DNA of 64,000 nucleotides, from positions 36,518,001 through 36,582,000 of the forward strand of contig OX597834.1 in the NCBI GenBank assembly GCA_951406725.2. The letters run 5' to 3'. Position 1 is the stretch's first letter; the number at the start of each line of letters is the position of its first letter. A program made the translations under genes and the position numbers. This document shows positions 26,483-38,278 of this stretch, in pieces. The stretch is from Octopus vulgaris (taxonomy: Eukaryota). The notes beneath the pieces were generated by a model. That model saw nothing but the letters and a program-made list of their open reading frames with translations, did no database searches and had not been told where the DNA came from.

Positions 26483-26759
26483 GTCCTGGGAGTGGGGCAT
26501 ATATTTGCTGTTATGTCAGTCATCACAACATTCATAGCACTCACACACACACACATATATATATACATAAATATACACACACACATAAACATATAAATAT
26601 ATACATATATATAAATATATATACACACACACACACACACATATATACACACACGCACATATATAAATATATATATACACACACACATATAGATACATAA
26701 ACATAAATATATACATACATACACACACATATATACATTCACATACATAATAGATCATT

Positions 26760-26935
26760 AGCCACTACACACATTTTTTTTCTCTCCTTATTTTTTTCTA
26801 TGTACCTTTCTGTAGAAGAGCGTAGGCTCAAAACGTAAAAGACTTTTTCTATTCCTGAGCGGTATACTAAAACATCTGTTTGTTTTGTACACCACCTGTC
26901 ATCGACTTTTGTTTTTTTTTCGTAAACTCTCCCTA
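26760..26935 (+). mobile_element. Penelope-like terminal repeat carrying a hammerhead-like motif (26806-26841)
   Basis: CTTT CTGTAGA A GAGC gtag GCTC AAAA CGTA AAAG. The second copy at 57271-57305 (-) reads CTGTTGA A GAGC acag GCTT GAAA CATA AAAG. Confidence 0.6.
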
Positions 26936-26941
26936 TATATG

Positions 26942-26972
<31 letters not shown>

Positions 26973-27021
26973 CAATAAACAGACAGAGTGGGCGAGAAAG
27001 AGAGAGATATAGGTGTACATA

Positions 27022-27882
27022 TGAGGTGGTACCAAAAAGTTCCCAGATTAGTCTTGTAGTGTACCAATAGATGGCACCACATGGTTACATGTGCAATGAG
27101 AGCCAGCAATGACCTTCATGGGGCAGTGTACTGGATGACATTGCTGTGTTTAGTTCGCAAGTTGTGAAATTTGTGTTTTTGGGATCAACATGTAGGCTGT
27201 AATCTGTGATTTTGTCATGGACAGGAACTAAGTGTCAATGTGAAATTTTGCGTTAAACTTGGGAAGTCTGCTACAGAGACATTGAGTATGCTTCCACAAG
27301 CTTAGGGCGATAAGGTAATGGATCGTATGCAATGCTTCAAGTGGCATGGGCACTTCAAAAGCAGAAGGACATCCCTGGAAGATGCTGAGTGATCTGGAAG
27401 ATCTGCCATGAGCATTACCCCAAGAAATGTGGTATTGTGTATTGAAAATTTCTTCCCCCACCTCAGGCTAGAGCATCAATCGAGAGTTCTACTGCGACAT
27501 TCTGTGGAGCACGAAGAATTAAATTCTTCATAGTGACAATGCATCCTGTTACCAAGCTCTCATCACTTGTGAGTTTCTCACTAAAAACAACATGGTATCA
27601 CCAGATTTAGCACCTGTGGACTTCTATCTCTTCCCCAAAATGAAAACGCAGCTCAAAGGTCACCGTTTTAACACCATTGTCAAAATCCAGAGCAAATCAC
27701 AGAAGATCTTTGACTTACAGAAAATGACTTCCAGGCAGAATTCCAAAAGTGGCAGGAACACTGGGACCTGTTTACTGCTACACAAGGTGAGACCATTTCA
27801 AAGGAGATTAGGTTAAAACTTTGGTAAATAAGTTAGTTTATATTAAACATGATTAGTCTGGGAACCTTTTGGTACGACCTTG
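27022..27882 (+). mobile_element. Internally deleted mariner (DD34D) transposon with transposase pseudogene
   Basis: TIRs tgaggtggtaccaaaaagttcccagattagtc / gattagtctgggaaccttttggtacgaccttg with TA/CA flanks. Translations NVKFCVKLGKSATETLSML...FKWHGHFK...LED, LHSDNA and SPDLAPVDFYLFPKMK (YSPDLAPxD motif). Stops and deletions. Confidence 0.93.
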
Positions 27883-29845
27883 CACCTAAATCATAAATTT
27901 ATGATGATTTGGTGTGAGCAACTAAATCATAAACTTATGATGATTTGGTGCTAGTGGCCAGGTCATAAATTTATGATAAAAGTCTTGTAGTCACGCTAGT
28001 ATACAATACAACCACATAAACACAAATACTTATTACTGTGTGATTTTAAAATACTAAAATACAAGTTTTAATTAACAAAACAAAAAATAGAGAACCCCTT
28101 TTTTTTTTAAGCCCCTTTCAAGTAAGATTGAATTTTGATAAAGAAAAAACATAGACATCTATTAACATTATCAAAGATTATTATCAATTTAAAAAACTCT
28201 ATTGAACATATCTTTGTCTAATGTAGATGTTTGCTAGTCTCTTTGATGTGTCTAAAGATTAATTAAGGATGTGTGTATATATCTATATCTATCTATCTAT
28301 CTATACATATATATATATATATATTTGATATTAGAAACTATATGATATGGTATATAAACACCAAAGGTCAGTAGAAAGCAGTAATAGAAGTGTCTGTGTA
28401 AATATCATCATCGTCATCATCATCAACATCATCGTCACTGCCATCACCCTCATCATCATCATTGTTATCATCGCCATCATCAATGTTGTCATCATTCTCA
28501 TTATCAGTTGTCAGCATTGTTGTCATCATCATCAACGTCATTGTTGTCTTATCATTGTCATTATCTTTCAATGTCCATTCTCTATGCTCAGGTGGGTCAG
28601 ACAGAATTATTCAAGGCAGATTTTTGTACGGTTGGATGCCTTTCCTGTCACCAACCTTTGCTTGTTTCCAACCAAGGAGATGTTCATTTCTCTGCTGGCA
28701 GACATGTTTTCATGGAAGATTGGTAATGAATGATGCTGCTTGAATAACTGTGACACTCATTCACAAGCATCAAGTGCCATCATGACAAGGTGCCATAAAC
28801 ATACACACAAACATAAACATGCACACTCACACACAAATGCACACACACCCACATATATATATATGAAATCGATTTTTGTAATTTTTTCAAGACTTATACA
28901 CGCCCTGATACCGTCGGTATCCACATATCAAATTTGAGCGCAATCAGATGGAGGATGCCCAAGATCCTAGACGACACACACACACACACCTGTCCTCTAC
29001 AGCAGAAGTGTTAAGGCAACCCCCCCATCCCCGAAGAGGATTGGTTAGCAAGAGTCATGTGCCAGTGCCACATAAAAAGCACTCATGTCAGTGCCACATG
29101 ATAGTATTCACACGGTGCCACATTAAAAAACATCCAGCACACACTGTGAAGTGGTTGGCGTTAGGAAAAGTATCCAGCAGTGGAAACCAAACCAAACCAG
29201 ACTGGAACTTGGAGTGGTTCTCCGGCTTGCCAGCTCTGGTCAAACCGTCCAACCCATGCCAGCATGGAATACAGAATTTGGAGCATGATGATGGTGATGA
29301 CACAGAGGTTAAGAGTTTCTTCCGGTTTTAATCTACCATATCCACTCACAAGGTTTTGGTTGGCTCATGGTTATAGTAAAAGACACTTGCCCAAGGTACC
29401 ACACAGTGGGACTGAACCCGGAACCATGTGGTTGCGAAGCAAGCTTCTTACCACACAGCCGCACTGACACCTACCAGAGCTATTTTAAAACTGAATATGG
29501 TAACAAACGAATGAATTGTTATCATAAAACAAAGGTTAATGACACAGTCAAGGGAAGAAACATGGTTCTGTGGACCATTTTAAGGGTCCTTGAGGCTGGT
29601 ACAAGAAATGGAAGTTATCCTTTGATCATAAACCTGATCCAAATACTTGTAAACAGAATGGATGTGGCTTAACATCCAACATTAAAACCACCAGAACAGC
29701 CCCTTGAATCTGCTTACATGCAGTTTCTTTGGAGTGTTTATCGAAGCACAGTGGAATACAATGCAGTCTTTAACCACATCAGCTCTTGTCAAACCACCTG
29801 ACCAACGCGAACATGGAAATATGGAATGTCAACCCTTAATATGTG

Positions 29846-30570
29846 CAGGTGTGGCTGTGTGGTAAGAAGCTTGCTTCCCAACCCAAACGGTTCCGGGTTC
29901 AGTCCCACTGCATGGCATCTTGTACTATAACCTGAGGCTGGCCAAAGCCTTGTAATTGAATTTGGTAGGCAGAAACTGAAAGAAGGTGGCGAGCTGGCGT
30001 AATCGTTAGCACACCGGGTGAAATACTTAGCAGTATTTCGTCTGCTGTTACGTTCTGAGTTCAAATTCCGCTAAGGTCGACTTTACCTTTCATCCTTTCG
30101 GGGTTGATAAAATTGACTTAATCCGTTTGTCTGTTCTTGTTTATCCTCTCTGTGTTTAGCCCCTTGTGGGTAGTAAAGAAATAGGTCTTTCGTCTGCCGT
30201 TACGTTCTGAGATCAAATTCTGCTGAGGTTGGATTTGCCTTTCATCCTTTTGGGGTCAATTAAATAAGTACCAGTTATGCACTGGGGTCGATATAATCGA
30301 CTTAATCCATTTGTCCCCTCTGTGTTTAGCCCCTTGTGGGCAGTAAAGAAATAAGAAACTGAAAGAAGCCCATTGTGTGTGTGTCTTTGTCCACTACAAA
30401 GACCACTTGACAACTGGTGTTGGTGTGTTTACATTCCCCATAACTTAACGGTTTGGCAAAAACAGACTGATAGAACAAATACCAGGCTTTAAAAAGAAGT
30501 AAGTATTGGGGTCAATTTGTTTGACTAAAATTCTTTATGGCTGCAGTCTAATGATTGAAACAAGTGACAG
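29846..30570 (+). mobile_element. SINE A interrupted by a dimeric SINE B with a 15-bp target-site duplication
   Basis: AGAAACTGAAAGAAG at 29971-29985 and 30354-30368 flanks two family B units; family A sequence resumes after the second copy. Confidence 0.88.
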
Positions 30571-30947
30571 ATACAGCTGTCATCAAAGAAAATTAAATAT
30601 TTTACGTCACTTAACGATAATGAGATTTTAAAATTTAATGTGTGAGTGATTAACAATTATTAAAGTTTTTGTGCTCGTTTAAAGTGAAAATAGGTATAAA
30701 AAGTACTTTTAAGAAAAATAGACATTTTCTTTGTGTTTTTGCCCATTTGGCACACACACCCATGCAACTGTTTCCCACCATTTACGGGGTTAAATGGTGA
30801 TGACGATGACGTGAAAAATTGATAATTATGGTCTGACTAATTACAGTCTGTTAATTACGGGCTGACTAAGCAATTATGAAAAATATTCCAAGAGTTAAAA
30901 TGTGTTTGTTTGGATAAGGTAATATGGATATTAATAGACCTCTATAA

Positions 30948-31375
30948 GGTGGTGAACTGATGGAATCGTTAGCACGCTGGACGAAATGCTTACAGTATTT
31001 CACACATCACTACGTCCTGAGTTCAAATCCTGCCGAGGTCGACTTTGCCTTTCATCCTTTCGGGGTTGATTAAATAAGTACCAGTTATGCACTGGGGTTG
31101 AAGTAATCGACTAATCCCCTCCCCCAAATTTCAGGCTTTGTAGAATGTATTACAGGTGAAATGCTTAGCAGTATTTCATCTGTCTTTACGTTCTGAGTTC
31201 AAATTCCACTGTGGTCGACTTTGCCTTTCCTCCTTTCGGGGTTGATAAGTACCAGTTGCATGCTTAAGTACCAGTTGTGTAATTATGTACCAGTTGCATA
31301 CTGGGGTTGATCTAATCAACTGGATCCCGCTCCCCAAAAATTTCAGGCCTTGTGGCTAGAGTAGGAAAGATTAAT
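30948..31375 (+). mobile_element. Two tandem SINE family B copies (tail type 2)
   Basis: Family B core followed by cccc..aaatttcaggc.ttgt tails. Confidence 0.85.
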
Positions 31376-31682
31376 GATAAGGAAAACAAAGATTTTTCAC
31401 ATTCATAATTTTAGTTCACAGTGACTAACAGCATCCTTTAGTGGACCTACGTGCATTTCAACTGCGTCGACTGCACACTGTTGGATATGCAACCTGTTGT
31501 CACGGTTGGTGCAGTTTCACCAGGGTCTTTACTCCCTGCCGCTTCGAAGTGAAACAGAAGGAAACAGCAAAAAGGGTTTTGTAGGTGGTATGGATTCTAC
31601 TATTAACAGGTGTAGGAATCGTGACCTAGGGTTCACCTCTACAAAAAGGGATACACTGGAAACTGTGTGTAATGATGTGTGG

Positions 31683-31721
<39 letters not shown>

Positions 31722-32824
31722 CATATATATATATACACTGAAAAGAGGTAATCTGATGTATGTATATGCACTAGAAACTACGTGCATTGATTTATATACA
31801 TAATGATGCTGTATGTATTGGTGTATGTATACACTCATAAATTGTGTGTATTTGTGTGTGTATATACACTCCAAAACTGTGTGTATTGGTATATATATAT
31901 ATATGTATATATACACACATACATATATAAACATATATATAAATATTTATATATATATATACACACACATACATGAGTGTGTGCATGTGTGTATGTATGT
32001 GTATGTATATATATATATATGTGCGTGTGTGTGTGTATATACATACACATGAACATGCACACCCATGAGTGTGTATTGGTGTGTATATATACACTCATAA
32101 ACTGTGGGTATAGATATGTAGATAGATGCTAAAATCTGTGTGTATTAATGTGTATATACACACTGGAAACGATGTGCATTGATGTGTGTTCAATTTCACG
32201 TGTTTACATATACAGAGAGGAATCTATAATCTGTGAGGCATATGCATATTTGAGTGTGAGTAAGTGTGCACAATGTGTGTAAGTATGTGTGTGCAAGTAA
32301 TGTGTATGTGTGTGTGTGTTGAAACATGCAGTTAAGTGAAATGTGTGTGAAGGTACGTGGTGAAATGTACTTTTAAGCTTTTTTTTTGTGTGTGTGTGGG
32401 TGTATTGAAATTTGCAGTTATATAAAGTGAAACGAAGTGTGTAAATGCTTACTCATCTGTGATGTGTGTATATGTATAGGTATGCAGGTGTTTGCATCTG
32501 CATTAGTGCATGTATGCATGCACATAAGTGCATCTCAGTATACATGTGTGTGTGTATGAAATGTCTGTATGTGTGTGTGTGTGTGTGTATGTATGAACAC
32601 GTGCATATGTGTATGTGTGTGTGTATGTATTAACATGTGCATTTAAACATGTGTTTAAATGTGCGTGTGTTTGTGTGTGTGTGTATGAACATGTGCATGT
32701 GTGTGTGTACATGAGCGTGTGTATTTGAATGTTTGCTTGTGTATGCTTGTGCGTGAATGAATATATATATGTGACTATATATATAAATATATATATCATC
32801 ATCATTGTTTAACATCTGCCTTCC

Positions 32825-32858
<34 letters not shown>

Positions 32859-33039
32859 TTAAATATATATACACACACACACACACACACCTTGACCAAT
32901 CTGTTACTAATAAATAATTGCAAACCTCCTTATCTCTATTTTCTTTTCTTCAATTAACCTATTGTTTTAAAGGAATTTCATTCCCTGACAATGCTAGGTA
33001 TTGAACCAGTATTTCTTTGGATGCAACCATCCCACCATG

Positions 33040-33291
33040 TAATTACGGGGACATAAACAAACCAACACTGGTTGTCAAGCAATGATGAGGACAAACACAT
33101 ACACACACACAACAACAAACAACAATATGCAAACGATGGGACCTTTTTATTAGTTTCCATCAACCATGTCCACTCACAAGGCTTTGGTTGGTCTGAGGCT
33201 ATAGTAGAAGACACTTGACCAAGGTGCCATGCAGTGGGACTGAACTTGGAACCATGTGGTTGGGAAGCAAACTTCTCACCACACAGCCACA

Positions 33292-33327
<36 letters not shown>

Positions 33328-33530
33328 CTTTTATTTGTTTCAGTCATTTGACTGTGGCCATGCTGGAACACTGTCTTTAGTTGAACAAATCAACCCCAGG
33401 ACTTATTCTTTGTAAGCCCAGTACTTATTCTATCGGGGTCTTTTGCTGAACCGCTAAGTTATGGGGATGTAGACATGCTACCATTGGTTGTCAAGCGTTG
33501 GTGGCTGACAAACACAAATGCACAAACACA
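33040..33530 (-). mobile_element. SINE family A fragments
   Basis: Reverse complement of the family A head/body (33040-33293) and 3' half (33325-33530). Confidence 0.8.
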
Positions 33531-33643
33531 CAATACACACCCACATACATACACATGTACACATATACAAGCATGCATATACACATACATACACACCCAC
33601 ACACACACATACACATATACAAGCATGCATATACACACACACA

Positions 33644-33900
33644 CAAGGTGGGGCTGAAAATTTCCTGGCTTTGGGTAAAAGAAAACAAAGTAGGATGAGT
33701 GACTTGTGATTTTATCCACCGTGTTCTCCTATCAAATTTACACACTTAATGCAAGGGTCCTTCTGTTTAACTAAGCCCTGTAAAAAGAACTGGGAATGTC
33801 GGGCCTCCAGCCAGGCCTTTCGCTACATCCCTTAAAGAAGGGGAACTTTTCAGCACCTCCTTGTACATCAAAGAAATAGCAGCCACAAAAGTTTTCCTTA
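33644..33900 (-). mobile_element. 3' end relic of a second mariner element
   Basis: TIR-like caaggtggggctgaaaatttcctggc. Minus strand WLEARHSQFFLQGLVKQKDPCIKCVNLIGEH resembles the mariner C-terminus (FYxxGIxxLxxRWxKCVxxxGxY). Confidence 0.7.
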
Positions 33901-34159
33901 AAGTCAACAAGTTATTAATCATGTTGTGGTTGGCAGAATCGGAAGAGCATCGTACGAAATACTTTGTGGCATTTCGTCTGTCTTTACGTTCTGAGTTCAA
34001 ATTCCACTGTGGTTGACTTTGCTTTTCATCCTTTTGGGGGTCATTGAAACAAATATCAGTTAATCACTGGGGACGGGGGTGGGGTTTCAATTTAATCAAC
34101 AAGGCCCCCTCCCATCAAAATTACTGGGTCTGTGCAACATTCAGAAAGAGACATTACTG

Positions 34160-35290
34160 CAGTTGTAATTAGGTTTCCTGTTGATATTGAGGTGGTGGTG
34201 GTCGTAATTGTTCTTGTTATAATTGTAGTAGTGGTACCGGCTGTTGTAATTGTTATAGTAGCAATTATAATTGTTGCTATTGTGGTGGTTGTAGTAATGG
34301 TGGTAGTAGCAGTGGTGATGACAGTGAGGGTAGTGGTGATGGTGGTGATGGTTGTGATGATAATGATGATGCTGATGATGAGTGTGGTAGTGGCAGTAGT
34401 GGTGGTAATGGTGGTGGTGTTACCGGTCGTTATTGTTCTCGTCGTAGTTGCAATCATTATTGCTTTTATTATTATTATTATTACTATTATTATTATTATC
34501 ATTATTGCTTTTATTATTGTTATTATTATTATTATTGTTGTTGTTGTTGTTATTATTATTATTGAGGTAGTGATGGCTGTAATAATTGATGTTATTATCG
34601 ATATGATTCTTGCCGTTGTTGTGGTCGTCGTCCCGGCGTTTGTTGGTTATTGTTATCATACTTGCAACTATGAATGTTGTTGTCATCACTAAGGGATCGG
34701 TGAGAGTGGTGGTGGTGGTGCTGCTGCTGGTCGTGATGGTAAGGGTTTTAGTGATAGTGGTGATGTTGATGACAGTGGTGGCAGTGTTACAGGTGGTGGC
34801 GATGTTAGTGATGGTGGTGGTGGTGGTGTTAGTGGTGGTGGTGGTAGTGGTGTTAGTGATGGTGGTGGTGTTAGTGGTGTTAGTGATGGTGGTGGTGGTA
34901 GTGGTGTTAGTGATGATGGTGGTGGTAGTGGTGTTAGTGATGGTGGTAGTGTTAGTGATGGTAGTGGTGTTAGTGATGATGGTGGTGGTAGTGGTGTTAG
35001 TGATGGTGGTGGTGGTAGTGGTGTTAGTGATGGTGGTTGTGTTAGTGATGGTAGTGGTGTTAGTTTGGTAGTGGTGGTGTTAGTGATGGTGGTGGTGTTA
35101 GTGATGGTGGTGGTGTTAGTGATGGTGGTAGTAGTAATTACTATTATTGTGATCCTTGTCGTTACCATAATTATGGCACTAACGATCATTGCTGTAGTGG
35201 CTGTTGTTGTTGTAAAATCAATTATGAGAATGTTGCTATCGTTGAGGCAGTGGTGGTGGTGGTGGTGGCGATAGTAATTGTTGTCGTTGC
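34160..35290. repeat. Degenerate (GTG/GTA/ATT)n tracts including a GTGTTAGTGATG(GTG)n minisatellite
   Basis: Directly visible. Confidence 0.92.
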
Positions 35291-36199
35291 GGAGGTAATC
35301 TTTAAGATTACTGTTAATGTTCAAGTTGCAGTGGTGCTGTTGCAGTTGAGGTCATAGTTTTAAAGCAGTTGTGAGTGTTATTGTTGTTGTTGTTGCCATC
35401 ATCACCATTATTATTCATCTCATTGTTGTTATTGTTACCTGTCACAGTTGTTGTCATTACTGCCAATCCAGTTATTTGCTTAAGTTGTTGTGTATTTAGT
35501 CCAGCCATGACCACCATGTTTGTTCTAGCCAAGTACCTTATATCTTGTACCTGTTTCAGCTATTGGACTGCAGCCATGCTGGAGCAACACTGAAAGGTTC
35601 TTATTTAGAAACCAAAAAAAAAAAACATAAACAAAACAAAAAAAAGGTCCTAGTGATTTTTCTTTTTCTTATTTTTAAAGTCTGGCACTCATTCTATCGG
35701 TCCCTTTTGCCAAACTGCTAAGTTGCAGGGACGTAAACAAACTAGCACTGGTTGTCAAGCAGAAGTGGAGGACTAACACAAACACACACACACAAACACA
35801 CATACATATAACCATACAGCCATGCCTGTTCCCAGACATACAAAACAAAAAAAAAAAAGCAAAAAGAAAAGAAAAGCAGCCATGACAGCATGGTAAGAAG
35901 CTTGCTTCCTAACCACATGGTTCCGGGTTCAGTCTCACTGCATGGCACCTTGAGCAAGTGTCTTCTACTATAGCCTTGGACTGACCAAAGCCTTGCGAGC
36001 GGATTTGGAAGATGGAAACTGAAAGAAGCCTCTCATGTATATGTGTGTGTGTGTGCGTCTGTTTGTCCCCACCATTACTTGATAACCAGAGTTGGTGTGT
36101 TTACATCCCTGTGCAAATTCTGTTGTTAAAATTTATCTACAAAGAAATTGGTTATACTTCGATGTTGCATAAAGTATTTTGACAATTTTGTTTCTATTA

Positions 36200-36369
36200 C
36201 AGGTATGGCTGTGTGGCAAGAAGCTTGCTTCCCACCCACAAGGTTCTGGGTTCAGTCCCACTGCATGACACTTGGCCAAGTGTCTTCTACTATAGCCTCG
36301 GGCTGACCAAAGCTTTGTGGGTGGATTTGGTAGACAAAAACTGAAAGAAGCCTGTCACATACATATATA

Positions 36370-36415
<46 letters not shown>

Positions 36416-36748
36416 AATGTATATATGCATGTATGTATATATATATATATGTATGTATGTATGTATGCATGTATGTATATACACATATACATATATGTGT
36501 GTTTGTGTGTGTCTTTGTGTCTGTTTGTCCCCACATCATTGCTCGTCAGCCAATGTTGGTATGTTTACGTCCCCACAACTTAGCAGTTCGGCAAAAGAGA
36601 CTGATAGAATAAGTACTAGGCTTACCAAAAAATAAGTTGTGGGGTCGATTTCTACGACAAAAAAACCCCCCCAAAAACGACCCTTTAAGGTGGTGCTCCA
36701 GCATGGCTGCAGTGAAGTGACTGAAACGCGTACGAGAATAAAAGAATA
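36200..36748 (+). mobile_element. SINE family A, full length
   Basis: Same structure as 21301-21743; lies about 200 bp inside intron 1. Confidence 0.88.
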
Positions 36749-36953
36749 CAATTGCTAATGATATTTAATTAGGAAAGTATATAATAGGATGTTTTGAATA
36801 ACGAACGGCTATGAGAGGGGTCCATCAGAGTGAAAGGGGATAATTGAAAGGGAAGTTTGTAAGTAAAAGAAAAAAAAAAAAATGGTTGAGAACCACCGTT
36901 TTTAAGTGTAAAAAAGCTTGTTTTTTTTTTTCTGTCACTTTGTTTTACCTTAC

Positions 36954-37000
36954 CTTTGTTCGATTTGCGAGAATTCTTCATATTTGTAAACTGGCTCCAT
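36954..37000 (-). CDS. Candidate first coding exon (47 nt) of an unidentified long-intron gene: MEPVYKYEEFSQIEQ+AG
   Basis: Minus strand reads cgtacgATGGAGCCAGTTTACAAATATGAAGAATTCTCGCAAATCGAACAAAG|gtaagg. Kozak A at -3 and G at +4, consensus donor, unique non-repeat context. Ends in phase 2, matching the next exon. Confidence 0.72.
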
Positions 37001-37870
37001 CGTACGTAGAAAGTTGATCGGACGAAGAAGAACAGGAAGAGAGGGAAAGACAGATTCCGAGAAAGAGAGTGAGAAAGATAGAGACAGATAGATACAAAGG
37101 TAGATAGATAGGTAGGTAGATAAAGAGAGAGAAGGGGAGGGATTGAGAGAGTGTCGGAGGAGAAGGAAGAGGAGGATGGATGAGAAGCGAGTGGCACTGT
37201 TGCCGTATGGTGTGGTATTTTAACAAGTTCAGCGGTGTAGAGCACCAGTGCTGCACGCAGTAATGCACACTGGAGTGCAGTATAAGTACACTGCAAGTTG
37301 TACTAGTGACTGGCTGGTTGGCTGGCTGGATAGCTGGATGGATGGATGGAAGGATGGAGGGAGGGATGGAGAGAGAGAGGAGGGCACGCACGATGGATAG
37401 ATGGTTGGATGGTGTGGCGATGAGCATGTAGATGGAAGAGAGCCACAAGGAAGAAGGAGAGAGAGAGAGAGAGAGGAGGGGGAAGAGGAGAGGTGGGAGT
37501 TGATAAATCAATGAAGAAACAGAATTCTGCCACCACCATCGCCACCAACAACAACAATAATGACAACAACATCACCACAACTACCACTGCCATCAGCACG
37601 ACATCAACGAGAACAGCAACAGCAGCCACAGCAGCAGCAACAGTAAAAAGCATCGCTGACAACTGTTTCTATAGTTGCAATGGCGGGTCGTTGGCTGACT
37701 GGTCGACCAGCTGGACAGCCAGTCGGTCGGTCGGTCGGTTCGTCGATTACTACATACATACACACACACACACACAGCATCCCATATACAGAAGGGACCG
37801 GATCCCCCATTTATCAGCACTGACCACCACAGACTGGCGTTATCGTTAACGTGATTTTCACGCTCGATGC
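37001..37870 (-). promoter_or_regulatory. Putative 5' UTR and promoter region of the minus-strand gene
   Basis: Transposon-free and locally CpG-richer (37680-37870), with unique islands separated by (CT)n/(GCT)n/(GTT)n tracts directly upstream of the ATG. The TSS cannot be placed. Confidence 0.5.
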
Positions 37871-38194
37871 AGCCACCACCACCACTGCCGTCATCACCAC
37901 CATCACCATCATCATCACATTCATCATCATCATCGTCACCATCATCATTATCACCATTGGTATTGACCAGTGCTATATAACAATCATTATCACCTGTTAC
38001 TGAAATGTACGATAGAGTGTCCATGTGCATGTGTGTGTGTGTGTGCGTGGTGTGTGTATATACATTTCTACATGTATGCATCTATTTATGAATGTGTAAG
38101 TATATATATATATATATATATATATATAACATGCATACACATATATATACATACAACACATACACACGCTTATGCATGTATGTATTTATATACG

Positions 38195-38232
<38 letters not shown>

Positions 38233-38242
38233 TGTATATATG

Positions 38243-38278
<36 letters not shown>

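Noticed and set aside
36954-37000. Assigning the gene to AP-2, PBX or a LIM-homeobox family from faint motif resemblance (KYE, EQRL)
   Set aside because: The similarity is only a few residues and no diagnostic domain lies in the window.
36769-37511. 175-aa and 177-aa minus-strand ORFs over the gene start
   Set aside because: Low complexity, non-ATG starts, and in different frames from the spliced exon; most likely 5' UTR.
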